Origin: Chthoniobacterales bacterium | GTDB taxonomy: Bacteria > Verrucomicrobiota > Verrucomicrobiia > Chthoniobacterales > JACTMZ01 | Assembly: GCA_049451035.1 (NCBI GenBank) | Contig: JBMTVD010000002.1 | Coordinates: forward strand, 1 to 53,783 | Direction: 5' to 3' | Length of the DNA stretch: 53,783 bases | In this document: positions 37,690 through 46,461 of the stretch, one piece after another | How the letters are laid out: every line of letters starts with the position of its first letter | Position numbering within the stretch: position 1 is the first letter of the stretch | Program-made: the position numbers and the translations under genes | The notes under the pieces: generated by a model | The model's database searches: none | Told to the model about the DNA's origin: nothing | Seen by the model: the letters and a program-made list of their open reading frames with translations, nothing else

Positions 37690-37977
37690 TCAGCCGCGCA
37701 GTTGCCGCTCGGCTTCGAACCAGTCCGATTCCGGAGTTCCGGGAAGGCCCCGGTGGCGCCGGTGTTCGCCGATGAAGTAAGCGCGCAGCGCGATATCCTC
37801 GGCGGTGAACACGCCCATCAGCGGGGCCGGCCGGGCGGGTTTCGCGTTCGCTGTTTTGGTCCGCGTGGCCGGCGGGCGGCCTGTTTTTTTGGCCGGAGAC
37901 TTTTTGGCGGCGGCCTTTTTCTTGGCTGGTTTGGCCGCGGTTTTCTTCACGGCCTTCTTTTTCACGGTCTTGGGCAT
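37690..37977 (-). CDS. DUF2934 domain protein with a Lys/Ala-rich histone-H1-like N-terminal tail
   Basis: ATG at 37977. 95 aa. The N-terminal roughly 50 aa are MPKTVKKKAVKKTAAKPAKKKAAAKKSPAKKTGRPPATRTKTANAKPARP. The C-terminal segment EDIALRAYFIGEHRRHRGLPGTPESDWFEAERQL matches the DUF2934 pattern. The longer track ORF (to 38631) is antisense to the next gene. Confidence 0.65.
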   Translation of the reverse strand: MPKTVKKKAVKKTAAKPAKKKAAAKKSPAKKTGRPPATRTKTANAKPARPAPLMGVFTAEDIALRAYFIGEHRRHRGLPGTPESDWFEAERQLRG

Positions 37978-38073
37978 AATTGTTTCGTTGGACCTCGCAT
38001 GAAACCAGCGACTTCGCGTGGGGGCCAAGTTTTTTCGGTTTTCCCAGAGTGGTTCCGGCCCTAACCTCGGGAG

Positions 38074-38502
38074 ATGGGCATTTCCTTGGGCGAATTTTTC
38101 ATCCGCTGGTTCGTCACCGCGGTCGCGGTGTTCGCCGCGGCTTGGATCGTGCCTGGCATCACCTACAGCAGCTTCACGAGTCTGGCTTTTGCCTCCCTGC
38201 TTTTGGGCATCATCAACGCGCTGGTGCGGCCTGTTCTCCTCATTCTCTGCCTGCCGCTCATTCTTGTCACCATGGGTCTTTTCATCTTGGTCTTGAACGC
38301 GTTGCTGCTCTGGCTCGTTTCGGGACTCATGCTTGGCGGATCGTTCCAGGTCGACGGATTCTGGTCCGCTTTCTGGGGTGGCATCGTTGTCGGGGTGGTC
38401 AGTTGGTTGCTCAGTTCGTTTTTCCGCGGCAGTGACGGCAGAATCTACCCGCTGACCCACCACACCGTGATCAAGCAGGCCCGCGGTCGCACGCTGAACT
38501 GA
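38074..38502 (+). CDS. Phage holin family 4 / DUF360-type small membrane protein (chromosomal, function unknown)
   Basis: 142 aa with four hydrophobic helices. It contains the INALVRPVLLILCLPLILVTMGLF segment typical of this family. The stop lies 1 nt before the trpF ATG. Confidence 0.75.
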   Translation: MGISLGEFFIRWFVTAVAVFAAAWIVPGITYSSFTSLAFASLLLGIINALVRPVLLILCLPLILVTMGLFILVLNALLLWLVSGLMLGGSFQVDGFWSAFWGGIVVGVVSWLLSSFFRGSDGRIYPLTHHTVIKQARGRTLN

Positions 38503-38503
38503 T

Positions 38504-39163
38504 ATGGCCGTTCCGGACGGTCTGCGGCGCTGGCTCGATGGCGGTCGCACCGGAGTAAAAGTTTGCGGCTTCACTCGCGAAGAAGATGCGCTTGCCGCGA
38601 TCGAAGCGGGCGTCGACGCGCTCGGGTTCAACTTTTATCCGCGGTCGAAACGCGCCGTGCACCTCGCGCAGATCGCGCCGTGGTTGCAAAAACTTCCGGG
38701 CGAAATCGGCCGGGTTGCCATTGTGGTTCATCCCGACGAGGCACTGCTGCGCGAGCTGGACCGGTCGGGACTTTTCCACGCTTTGCAATTTCACGGTGGC
38801 GAGGCGCCCGAATTTTGCGCCGCGTGGGGAGGGGACTTTTACATCAAGGCGCGTCCCATTCGCGACACAGCCTCGGCCGATGCGGCCTTGGCCGATCCTG
38901 CGCCCTGTCTTCTGCTCGATGCCCATGCGCCCGGCGTGCACGGGGGTACCGGCCGCACCATCGATTGGCAACTGGCCGCTTCGGTCGCGGGCGCTGCGGC
39001 TCGCCCGGTGGTGCTCTCCGGCGGGTTGCGTCCCGACAACGTGGCTGAGGCCATCGGCCAAGTGCGGCCGGTGGCGGTCGACACGGCGAGCGGCGTCGAG
39101 TCGGCACCGGGGATCAAAGACGCGGCGCAAATGAGGCGGTTTGTTGCCGCAGTGAGGGGCTAG
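38504..39163 (+). CDS. trpF: Phosphoribosylanthranilate isomerase
   Basis: 219 aa. TrpF-like segments are present: VKVCGFTREEDA, LGFNFYPRSKR, LQFHGGE, GGTGRTIDW and LSGGLRPDNV. Confidence 0.9.
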   Translation: MAVPDGLRRWLDGGRTGVKVCGFTREEDALAAIEAGVDALGFNFYPRSKRAVHLAQIAPWLQKLPGEIGRVAIVVHPDEALLRELDRSGLFHALQFHGGEAPEFCAAWGGDFYIKARPIRDTASADAALADPAPCLLLDAHAPGVHGGTGRTIDWQLAASVAGAAARPVVLSGGLRPDNVAEAIGQVRPVAVDTASGVESAPGIKDAAQMRRFVAAVRG

Positions 39164-39268
39164 GCTGTGCTTGATCGTCGGTGGTTGTGTTGCTGACTTC
39201 CGTCCGCAGCGCCAAAAGTTTTCCAGGTCCGACCTGTCCTTATCGTCGCCGGCGTTGCCCACGGCGAG

Positions 39269-39382
39269 ATGATGGTCAGCATTGAGACTTGCAACCGCCC
39301 CGGGCCCGTGCGGCGACGGCGGCGCGGCATGATCTATGGTTGCCCGCTCCAGCGGGAGCAGCCATGCTGGGCTGATCAATGA
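39269..39382 (+). CDS. Candidate small ORF A (37 aa, Arg/Cys-containing). Speculative.
   Basis: Not in the track (under 60 aa). Hand translation gives MMVSIETCNRPGPVRRRRRGMIYGCPLQREQPCWADQ. Third-position G+C counted by hand is 28 of 37 codons. Its TGA overlaps the ATG of small ORF B (ATGA at 39379-39382). I see no obvious ribosome-binding site and recognise no homology. Confidence 0.15.
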   Translation: MMVSIETCNRPGPVRRRRRGMIYGCPLQREQPCWADQ

Positions 39383-39546
39383 AGTCATCATCTGCTCATC
39401 AGTCCGGCAAAGGTATCTGGTTGCTGCTCGCGGGTTTCGCGACGGCGGCGCTGCTCACCCTTGCGGCAGCCATCGGCACTTCCGTGTGGCAGCAGGATGC
39501 GAACGCTTCGAAGCTCGGTGTGATCGGTCCGGTGGCCCAAAAATAA
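39379..39546 (+). CDS. Candidate small membrane protein, ORF B (55 aa). Speculative.
   Basis: Not in the track (under 60 aa). Hand translation gives MKSSSAHQSGKGIWLLLAGFATAALLTLAAAIGTSVWQQDANASKLGVIGPVAQK. It has one clear TM helix. Third-position G+C is 38 of 55 codons, intermediate between coding and noncoding values seen elsewhere in this window. Confidence 0.3.
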   Translation: MKSSSAHQSGKGIWLLLAGFATAALLTLAAAIGTSVWQQDANASKLGVIGPVAQK

Positions 39547-39686
39547 AAGTCCCCGCCGCGAGTTCTGCGTGGCTGCACAGGGTCATGTGCCGAGTCAACG
39601 CAAGCCAAGCGGATGATATCATATTACCAGCTGTAGGAGCCGGCCTTGCCGCAGGAAGTCCCTCCCGCTAAGGTGACGGGTTCTGA

Positions 39687-40793
<1,107 letters not shown>

Positions 40794-40848
40794 GCCCTTT
40801 GTTTCCGTCGCACCGGGTCTGCGCTATGTTCGGCAACGCCAGCCGCCC

Positions 40849-41265
40849 GTGAACTTCCGCAAGCAAGCTTCGCCTGAGCCCTCGGGGTTCCAGATCGCCC
40901 CGATGGTGGATATCGTTTTCCTGCTGCTTATTTTCTTTTTGGTCACCTGGAATTTCGCGCGCTACGAGACCGAACTCGACGTCAAGGTGCCGACGGCGAA
41001 GGAGGGCAAGGAGTCGCGGCGTTCGGTCGGCGAGGTTATCATCAACGTGAAAACCGACGGCTCCATTGTCATGAACCGCAAGACCGTCACGCCGGAAGAA
41101 CTCGGTGGCACCTTGCGCAAGATTGCCGAACTTTATCCCGACCAGGCTGTCATCCTGCGCGGCGACGAGGGGGCCGACTACCGGTACATTGTCGCGGTGC
41201 TCGATGTATGCCGCGGCGCGAATATCTGGAATGTGGCCTTTGCCACCGGACGCCCCGAGTCGTGA
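40849..41265 (+). CDS. exbD: Biopolymer transport protein ExbD/TolR family
   Basis: GTG start at 40849; I found no in-frame ATG before the TM helix. The protein begins VNFRKQASPEPSGFQIAPMVDIVFLLLIFFLV, with the conserved Asp in the single TM. The periplasmic domain includes VILRGDEGADYRYIVAVLDVC. 138 aa. Confidence 0.85.
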   Translation: MNFRKQASPEPSGFQIAPMVDIVFLLLIFFLVTWNFARYETELDVKVPTAKEGKESRRSVGEVIINVKTDGSIVMNRKTVTPEELGGTLRKIAELYPDQAVILRGDEGADYRYIVAVLDVCRGANIWNVAFATGRPES

Positions 41266-43697
41266 AAAAGCTTTTCCCTGTCCTGTTCCTTTCGCTCGCG
41301 CCGCACGCCCCCGCGCAGTTCGAGCCCGAAGTTCGCCGGGCGTTGCCCGTCGACGCCGTGCCGGCCGCTGAGATCGAGGCTCTGCCGGCCCAGCCCGTCG
41401 CGCCTCCGGTCGCACCCGCGCCCAGCGTCGCGGCGCCCGAGGCGGTCCCGGCCGGCGAAATCCGCACGCTGCCCAGCGGCGCCGTGGCCGATCCGCTCAT
41501 GGCGCTTTTCGAGGAGGGCAATGGATTTTACGCACGAGACATGCACGACCTCGCGGTCCCGAAATACCAGGAGTTTCTCCAACTGCGCCGGGCCGGAGTC
41601 GAGCGCGAGGCGGCCTTGTTCCGCCTCGGCGAAAGCCTGCGCCAACTGCGCCGTACCACCGAGGCGATGGCGGCGTTCCAGTCGCTGGTCGGGCAATACA
41701 GCAGCGGCGACTTCGTCGGCCCCGCCGCCTACCGCCTCGGCGAGATGCAATACACAGCGAAGAATTTTTCCGCCGCCGCCGACTCCTTCCGTACCGCTGC
41801 CATGCATGTGCGCGATGCCAAGCTTCGTCTGGCCGCCCGATTCTTCGAGGGGCGTTGCCTCGACGCGTCCGACCGCAAACTGGAAGCACTTTCCGCCTAC
41901 CGCGATGTCGTCGCCCAGCAAGGCGAGAACCCCTACCGCGAACGCGCCATGTTCGAACTGGCCGAGGCCGATGCGCGGGCGGGTTTGACCGAGGGGGCTA
42001 TCCGGCAATTCAAAAAACTCGCGGAGACCGCGAAAAATCCGGTGGTGCGCACGGCTTCGGCGGTCAAAGCGGGTTTGCTCGCCATCGACACCAAGGACTA
42101 CCCCGCGGCCCGCCCGCTCTTGGAAGAGGCAGCGGCCAACCAAGAATTGTCGACTTGGCGCGCGGTCGCGGAGAGCGGTCTGCTGCGACTCGACTACGAG
42201 GAAGGCGACTATGAAGCCGTGGCCAAGCGCGCCGGCCGACTTCTCGCGGCCGGCAGCGGCGGCGTGCGTCCGGACCTCCTGCTCATGGCCGCCAACGCCC
42301 AGCGCCAGTTGGGCCGGCACGGGGATGCCTTGTCTTTCTATGACCGCATTGTCGCCGCCTACCCGGAGTCGGCCGCGGCCCGGGAAGCCGGCTTCCACCG
42401 CCTTGTCAGCCTCGTGGCTCAGGGCGACGAAAAAGCCGAGACGCAGATCGATGCCTTCCTCGCCGGGGCAACCGACCCGACCGAGCGGGCGCGCGCTTCC
42501 CTGCTCAAGGCGGAACTTCTCTTCGAGAGCAAAGATTACGAGGGTGCGGAAAAATTTTACGCCGCGGGGTCCCGCGATGCGGGGGTCTCCCAATACCGTG
42601 CGGACGCGCTGTACAAGCTCGCCTGGTGCCGGCTGCAGCAAAAAAAATACGATTCGGCCGTCGCCGCACTCACCGAGTTTCTCGGACAGTACCCGCGCTC
42701 CCCGCAGGTATCCGCCGCCTACATGCAGCGCGCCTTGGCCCAGGTCCAGACCGGCCAACTCGAGGAAGCGTTGAACGATTTCGGGGCCATCGTGGACAAA
42801 CAGGTTGATGCACCGGAGCGGGAGAGCGCCTTGCTGCAGCGTGCCCTTGTTCTCGGAAAACTCAACCGCGCTTCCGAGATGGCCGAGGCTTTCGCGCGAC
42901 TGCTGGCCGAATACCCCGAGAGCAAAGCTGCCGCTCAGGCCAATTTCTGGATGGGCTACGCCGCGTTCGATGCGAAAAATTACGCTGAAGCCATCCCCGC
43001 GCTGGAAGCGGCCCGCAAGCTGGACGCCGACAAATACGGGGAACGGGCTGCGGTGCGCTTGCTGCTCTCCCATTACTATCTCGAGGACCGCACCGCCGCG
43101 GCCAGGGAAGCCCGCGCCCTCGGCGCCGCCAAAAGCCCGGCTGAGGTGCGCAAATGGCTCGGACTGGGCGCACTCGAGGCCGGCGCGTTCGCCGAGGCGC
43201 GCGAATTCCTCGAACCGCTCGGCTCGGTGGAGGATGCGGACGACGAAATGCGCTTCTCGCTGTCCCGGGCCCAGGCCGGTGCCGGAGATTCCGCGGCGGC
43301 CCGTGCCACGCTGGAAAAACTTCTCCGGCGTGTGCACGAACCCAAGGAGAAAGCCAAAGTGAATTTGTTGCTCGCCGATGTGCTCATCGAGGCGGGTGAC
43401 GGTGAGGGGGCGAAGAAGCACGCGGAGGAAGCGTTGCGCTTGCAGCCGGAAGGGCGAGTCAATGCGGAGGCGCGGTTGCTCAACGGACGCGCCCTCTATG
43501 CGCAGGATCGCTACGACGATGCGGCCCGCGCCTTCATGGCCATCGCGCTGCTCTACGACGAGAAGGACCTTACGCCGCAGGCGTTGCTGCTTGCCGAGGA
43601 ATCCTACCGGCGCGCGGAGAATATCCCCGATGCGCAGCGGGCCCGGGAGGAGTTGCAGCGCCGTTATCCCGACTACAAGCCGCCCGAGCAGTCCTGA
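41262..43697 (+). CDS. Large secreted TPR-repeat protein with a Pro/Ala-rich N-terminal linker
   Basis: GTG at 41262 overlaps the exbD stop (GTGA). A signal peptide is present (VKKLFPVLFLSLAPHAPAQ). Next comes a Pro/Ala-rich stretch (LPAQPVAPPVAPAPSVAAPEAVPAGE). The remaining roughly 700 aa are TPR-like repeats (recurring YxxA, A...F, P motifs). 811 aa. Confidence 0.8.
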   Translation: MKKLFPVLFLSLAPHAPAQFEPEVRRALPVDAVPAAEIEALPAQPVAPPVAPAPSVAAPEAVPAGEIRTLPSGAVADPLMALFEEGNGFYARDMHDLAVPKYQEFLQLRRAGVEREAALFRLGESLRQLRRTTEAMAAFQSLVGQYSSGDFVGPAAYRLGEMQYTAKNFSAAADSFRTAAMHVRDAKLRLAARFFEGRCLDASDRKLEALSAYRDVVAQQGENPYRERAMFELAEADARAGLTEGAIRQFKKLAETAKNPVVRTASAVKAGLLAIDTKDYPAARPLLEEAAANQELSTWRAVAESGLLRLDYEEGDYEAVAKRAGRLLAAGSGGVRPDLLLMAANAQRQLGRHGDALSFYDRIVAAYPESAAAREAGFHRLVSLVAQGDEKAETQIDAFLAGATDPTERARASLLKAELLFESKDYEGAEKFYAAGSRDAGVSQYRADALYKLAWCRLQQKKYDSAVAALTEFLGQYPRSPQVSAAYMQRALAQVQTGQLEEALNDFGAIVDKQVDAPERESALLQRALVLGKLNRASEMAEAFARLLAEYPESKAAAQANFWMGYAAFDAKNYAEAIPALEAARKLDADKYGERAAVRLLLSHYYLEDRTAAAREARALGAAKSPAEVRKWLGLGALEAGAFAEAREFLEPLGSVEDADDEMRFSLSRAQAGAGDSAAARATLEKLLRRVHEPKEKAKVNLLLADVLIEAGDGEGAKKHAEEALRLQPEGRVNAEARLLNGRALYAQDRYDDAARAFMAIALLYDEKDLTPQALLLAEESYRRAENIPDAQRAREELQRRYPDYKPPEQS

Positions 43698-43699
43698 TT

Positions 43700-44272
43700 A
43701 TGCCCTTGTCGTTGCCCGCGGGTGATTTCCGCGCCTTCATCTTCGACTGCGACGGCACCTTGGCCGACAACATGCACCTCCACTACGAGGCGTGGAGCCG
43801 CGCCATGCGGGATTTCGGGAGCACCTACCCCGAGGAACTCTTTTACGAATGGGGCGGCGTTCCCACCGGTGACATCGTGCGCCGCCTCAACGAAAAATTC
43901 GGCCTCAGCCTCGATGTCGACGAAGTGGTGCGCCGCAAGGAGCACTACTACCGGGAGTCCATTCCGCAGGTGGGGCCGATGCACGAAGTCATCGCCCTGG
44001 CGCGCGCCTCCCACGGAAAAATTCCCCTGGCCGTCGCCTCGGGCGGCCACCGGGATCTCGTGACGCGGACCTTGCAGGCGCTGGGCATCGAGCAATTGTT
44101 CGATGCCGTCGTCACCTCGGAGGATTACGAGCGAGGCAAACCCGCTCCCGATCCGTTCCTCCAAGCGGCGGCGAGGCTGCACGTCGAACCGCGGCATTGC
44201 CTGGTCTTCGAGGACACCGCGACCGGCGCCGCAGCGGCGCGCGCGGCGGGCATGCAGTGCGTCCTGGTGTGA
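43700..44272 (+). CDS. HAD-superfamily hydrolase (subfamily IA, beta-phosphoglucomutase/phosphatase-like)
   Basis: 190 aa. Motif I is FDCDGTLADN, motif II is AVASGG, and motifs III/IV are GKPAPDPF...VFEDTATG. Confidence 0.85.
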   Translation: MPLSLPAGDFRAFIFDCDGTLADNMHLHYEAWSRAMRDFGSTYPEELFYEWGGVPTGDIVRRLNEKFGLSLDVDEVVRRKEHYYRESIPQVGPMHEVIALARASHGKIPLAVASGGHRDLVTRTLQALGIEQLFDAVVTSEDYERGKPAPDPFLQAAARLHVEPRHCLVFEDTATGAAAARAAGMQCVLV

Positions 44273-44275
44273 GGC

Positions 44276-45172
44276 TTATCGTTCGAGCAGAGCCAAGACG
44301 GCTTTCTGCGCATGCAGGCGGTTTTCCGCCTGGTCAAAAATTGTCTGTGCGTTGGCCTCGAAGATTTCGTCGGTGATTTCCTTGCCGCGGTAGGCGGGCA
44401 GGCAATGCATGACGAGGGGCGACCCGCCGGCGGCCTCGACCGCGGCTCTGTCGATCTGGTAACCGCCGAATTGCGCGGTGCGAAAAGCGGATTCCTCTTC
44501 CTTGCCCATGCTGATCCACACGTCGGTGTAGAGCACATCGGATCCCCGGCAGGCCGCCGCGACGTCCGTGGTCATGGTGATATTGTCGCCCGCGCGCGCC
44601 ACCAGCTCGGCCGGGGGTAGGAACTTGGCGGGTGCGGCGATGCGCAGGGCGAACCCGAGCTTGGAGGCCGCCCAGATCCATGAACGCGCCACATTGCAGT
44701 CGCCGTCGCCGATAAACGTGACCGTCAATCCGTCGAGCGAGCCGCGCTTTTCTTTGACAGTCAGCAGGTCGCTCAGGATCTGGCAGGGATGCTCTTCGTC
44801 GGTCAGGGCGTTGATGGTGCGGATGCCGCTCAACGCGGCGAATTCCTCGACATCGCCCTGCGCGTAGGTGCGGATGACTGCGCCCTGGGCCATGCGGCCG
44901 ATGACGCGCGCCGTGTCCCGGATCGGTTCGCCGCGGCCGAGTTGGATGTCGTTCGCCGCGAGAAAAATCGGTTGTCCGCCGAGCTCGCGGATGCCGACTT
45001 CGAAGCTCACGCGCGTGCGCGTGGAGGATTTGGAAAACATGAGCACCCAGCATTCGTTCTTGAGCGGTGCGTCGGGATGCGGTCCGCGTGTCTTTTTCAT
45101 ATCCGCGGCAACCTCCAGAATACGGTCGATGTCCGCGCGATCGAGGGTCTCGATGTCGAGGAGGTGTTTCAT
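44276..45172 (-). CDS. argF: Ornithine carbamoyltransferase
   Basis: ATG at 45172 gives MKHLLDIETL. The motifs are STRTR (carbamoyl-phosphate site), HPCQ, DVWISMG (ornithine site) and HCLP. 298 aa. Confidence 0.93.
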   Translation of the reverse strand: MKHLLDIETLDRADIDRILEVAADMKKTRGPHPDAPLKNECWVLMFSKSSTRTRVSFEVGIRELGGQPIFLAANDIQLGRGEPIRDTARVIGRMAQGAVIRTYAQGDVEEFAALSGIRTINALTDEEHPCQILSDLLTVKEKRGSLDGLTVTFIGDGDCNVARSWIWAASKLGFALRIAAPAKFLPPAELVARAGDNITMTTDVAAACRGSDVLYTDVWISMGKEEESAFRTAQFGGYQIDRAAVEAAGGSPLVMHCLPAYRGKEITDEIFEANAQTIFDQAENRLHAQKAVLALLER

Positions 45173-45185
45173 GGATGCAAAGATG

Positions 45186-46406
45186 CTAGGGCAAAGGTTC
45201 CGCCGCGGCCAGCACGTCGCGAAGGATTCGCAGGGCCTCATGGCATTCCTCCGCTGTCACGTTGAGCGGGGGCAGCAGACGGATGACCCGTTCGCCGGCG
45301 GGGACGACGAGCAGTCCGGCTCGGATCAGTCGGTGCGTGAGCCGCAGCGCCGGTGGGCCGCTTTCTCCGGCCGCAGCCGCGAAATCGGCGGTTTCCAAGC
45401 CCAGCAGCAATCCCTCGCCGCGGGCTTCGCGGATCAGCGGCAGTGCGCCCGCGCCTTCGCGCAGCTGTCCGCCGCGCTCTCGCGCGTTTGTCAAAAGTTG
45501 CTCGCGCTCGATCGTGTCGAAGACCGCGTTGGCCGCGGCGCAGGCGAGGGGCGAGCCTCCGTAGGTCGTGCCGTGCGTCCCGGGCCCGAGCAGGTCGGCG
45601 TAGGGCTCGCGCACCCAAAAAGCTCCGAGGGGGAATCCGCCGCCGATGCCTTTGGCCCAGCTGACGGCGTCGGGCACGACATCCCCCGCGCCGAGCGCAT
45701 GCCATCCGCACCAGTGACCGGTGCGTCCGAGTCCGCATTGTACCTCGTCGAAAAGAAGCAGCAGTCGGTGCCCGTCGCAGAGCTTGCGGAGGGCCCGCAG
45801 AAACTCGGCCGGCAGCGGATTGACACCGCCCTCGCCCTGGATCGGTTCGACAAGAACGGCTGCCGTGTTCTCCTTCACCGCACCGGCCACGCATTCGACG
45901 CGTGCCGGAACGCTGACGAATCCGTCGACCGGCGGTCCGAAACCGAGCTTCACCTTGGTCTGTCCGGTGGCGGCGATGCCTCCCAGCGTGCGACCGTGGA
46001 AGGATCCGTCGAGCGATATGATCGCGTGGCGTCCCGCACCGTGTTTGCGCGCCAGTTTGTACAGGCCTTCGTTGGCTTCGGCGCCGCTGTTGCAAAAGAA
46101 CACTTTGCCGCGCGTACCCGTCATGGTCTCGAGCCGCGCGGCCAGCAATGCTTGCGGGCGGGTGAAAAAAAGATTCGATGTATGGATCAACTCACCGGCC
46201 TGCGCGGCCAGGGCCTGCTGGAGCGCAGGATGCGAGTGTCCGAGGGCGTTGACTGCAATGCCCGAGGTAAAATCGAGGTATTCGCGTCCATCCTCGTCCC
46301 AGACTCGCGTTCCTTGGCCGCGCGCGAGACAGAGTGGAAACCTTCCGTAGGTCGGGACAACGTGGCGGGCGTAAAGTTCGGCCGTGGATGGTTGGTCGGG
46401 CGTCAT
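45186..46406 (-). CDS. argD: Acetylornithine aminotransferase (class III PLP aminotransferase)
   Basis: ATG at 46406 gives MTPDQPSTAELYARHVVPTYGRFPL. Other segments are FCNSGAEANE, DEVQCGLGRTG and SWAKGIGGGFPLGA (PLP lysine). 406 aa. Confidence 0.92.
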   Translation of the reverse strand: MTPDQPSTAELYARHVVPTYGRFPLCLARGQGTRVWDEDGREYLDFTSGIAVNALGHSHPALQQALAAQAGELIHTSNLFFTRPQALLAARLETMTGTRGKVFFCNSGAEANEGLYKLARKHGAGRHAIISLDGSFHGRTLGGIAATGQTKVKLGFGPPVDGFVSVPARVECVAGAVKENTAAVLVEPIQGEGGVNPLPAEFLRALRKLCDGHRLLLLFDEVQCGLGRTGHWCGWHALGAGDVVPDAVSWAKGIGGGFPLGAFWVREPYADLLGPGTHGTTYGGSPLACAAANAVFDTIEREQLLTNARERGGQLREGAGALPLIREARGEGLLLGLETADFAAAAGESGPPALRLTHRLIRAGLLVVPAGERVIRLLPPLNVTAEECHEALRILRDVLAAAEPLP

Positions 46407-46461
46407 GGCGGCGCGCCAGAATGTTTGCGGCGCGGGGCCAAGGCAAGCAGGCCTTGGCGAG

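Noticed and set aside
38074-38502. The phage holin family 4 gene as a sign of a prophage or lysis cassette.
   Set aside because: There is no endolysin, spanin, integrase, or capsid, tail or terminase gene nearby. The flanking genes are core (menF/menD, trpF, leuB). DUF360-type proteins are widespread chromosomal membrane proteins despite the family name.
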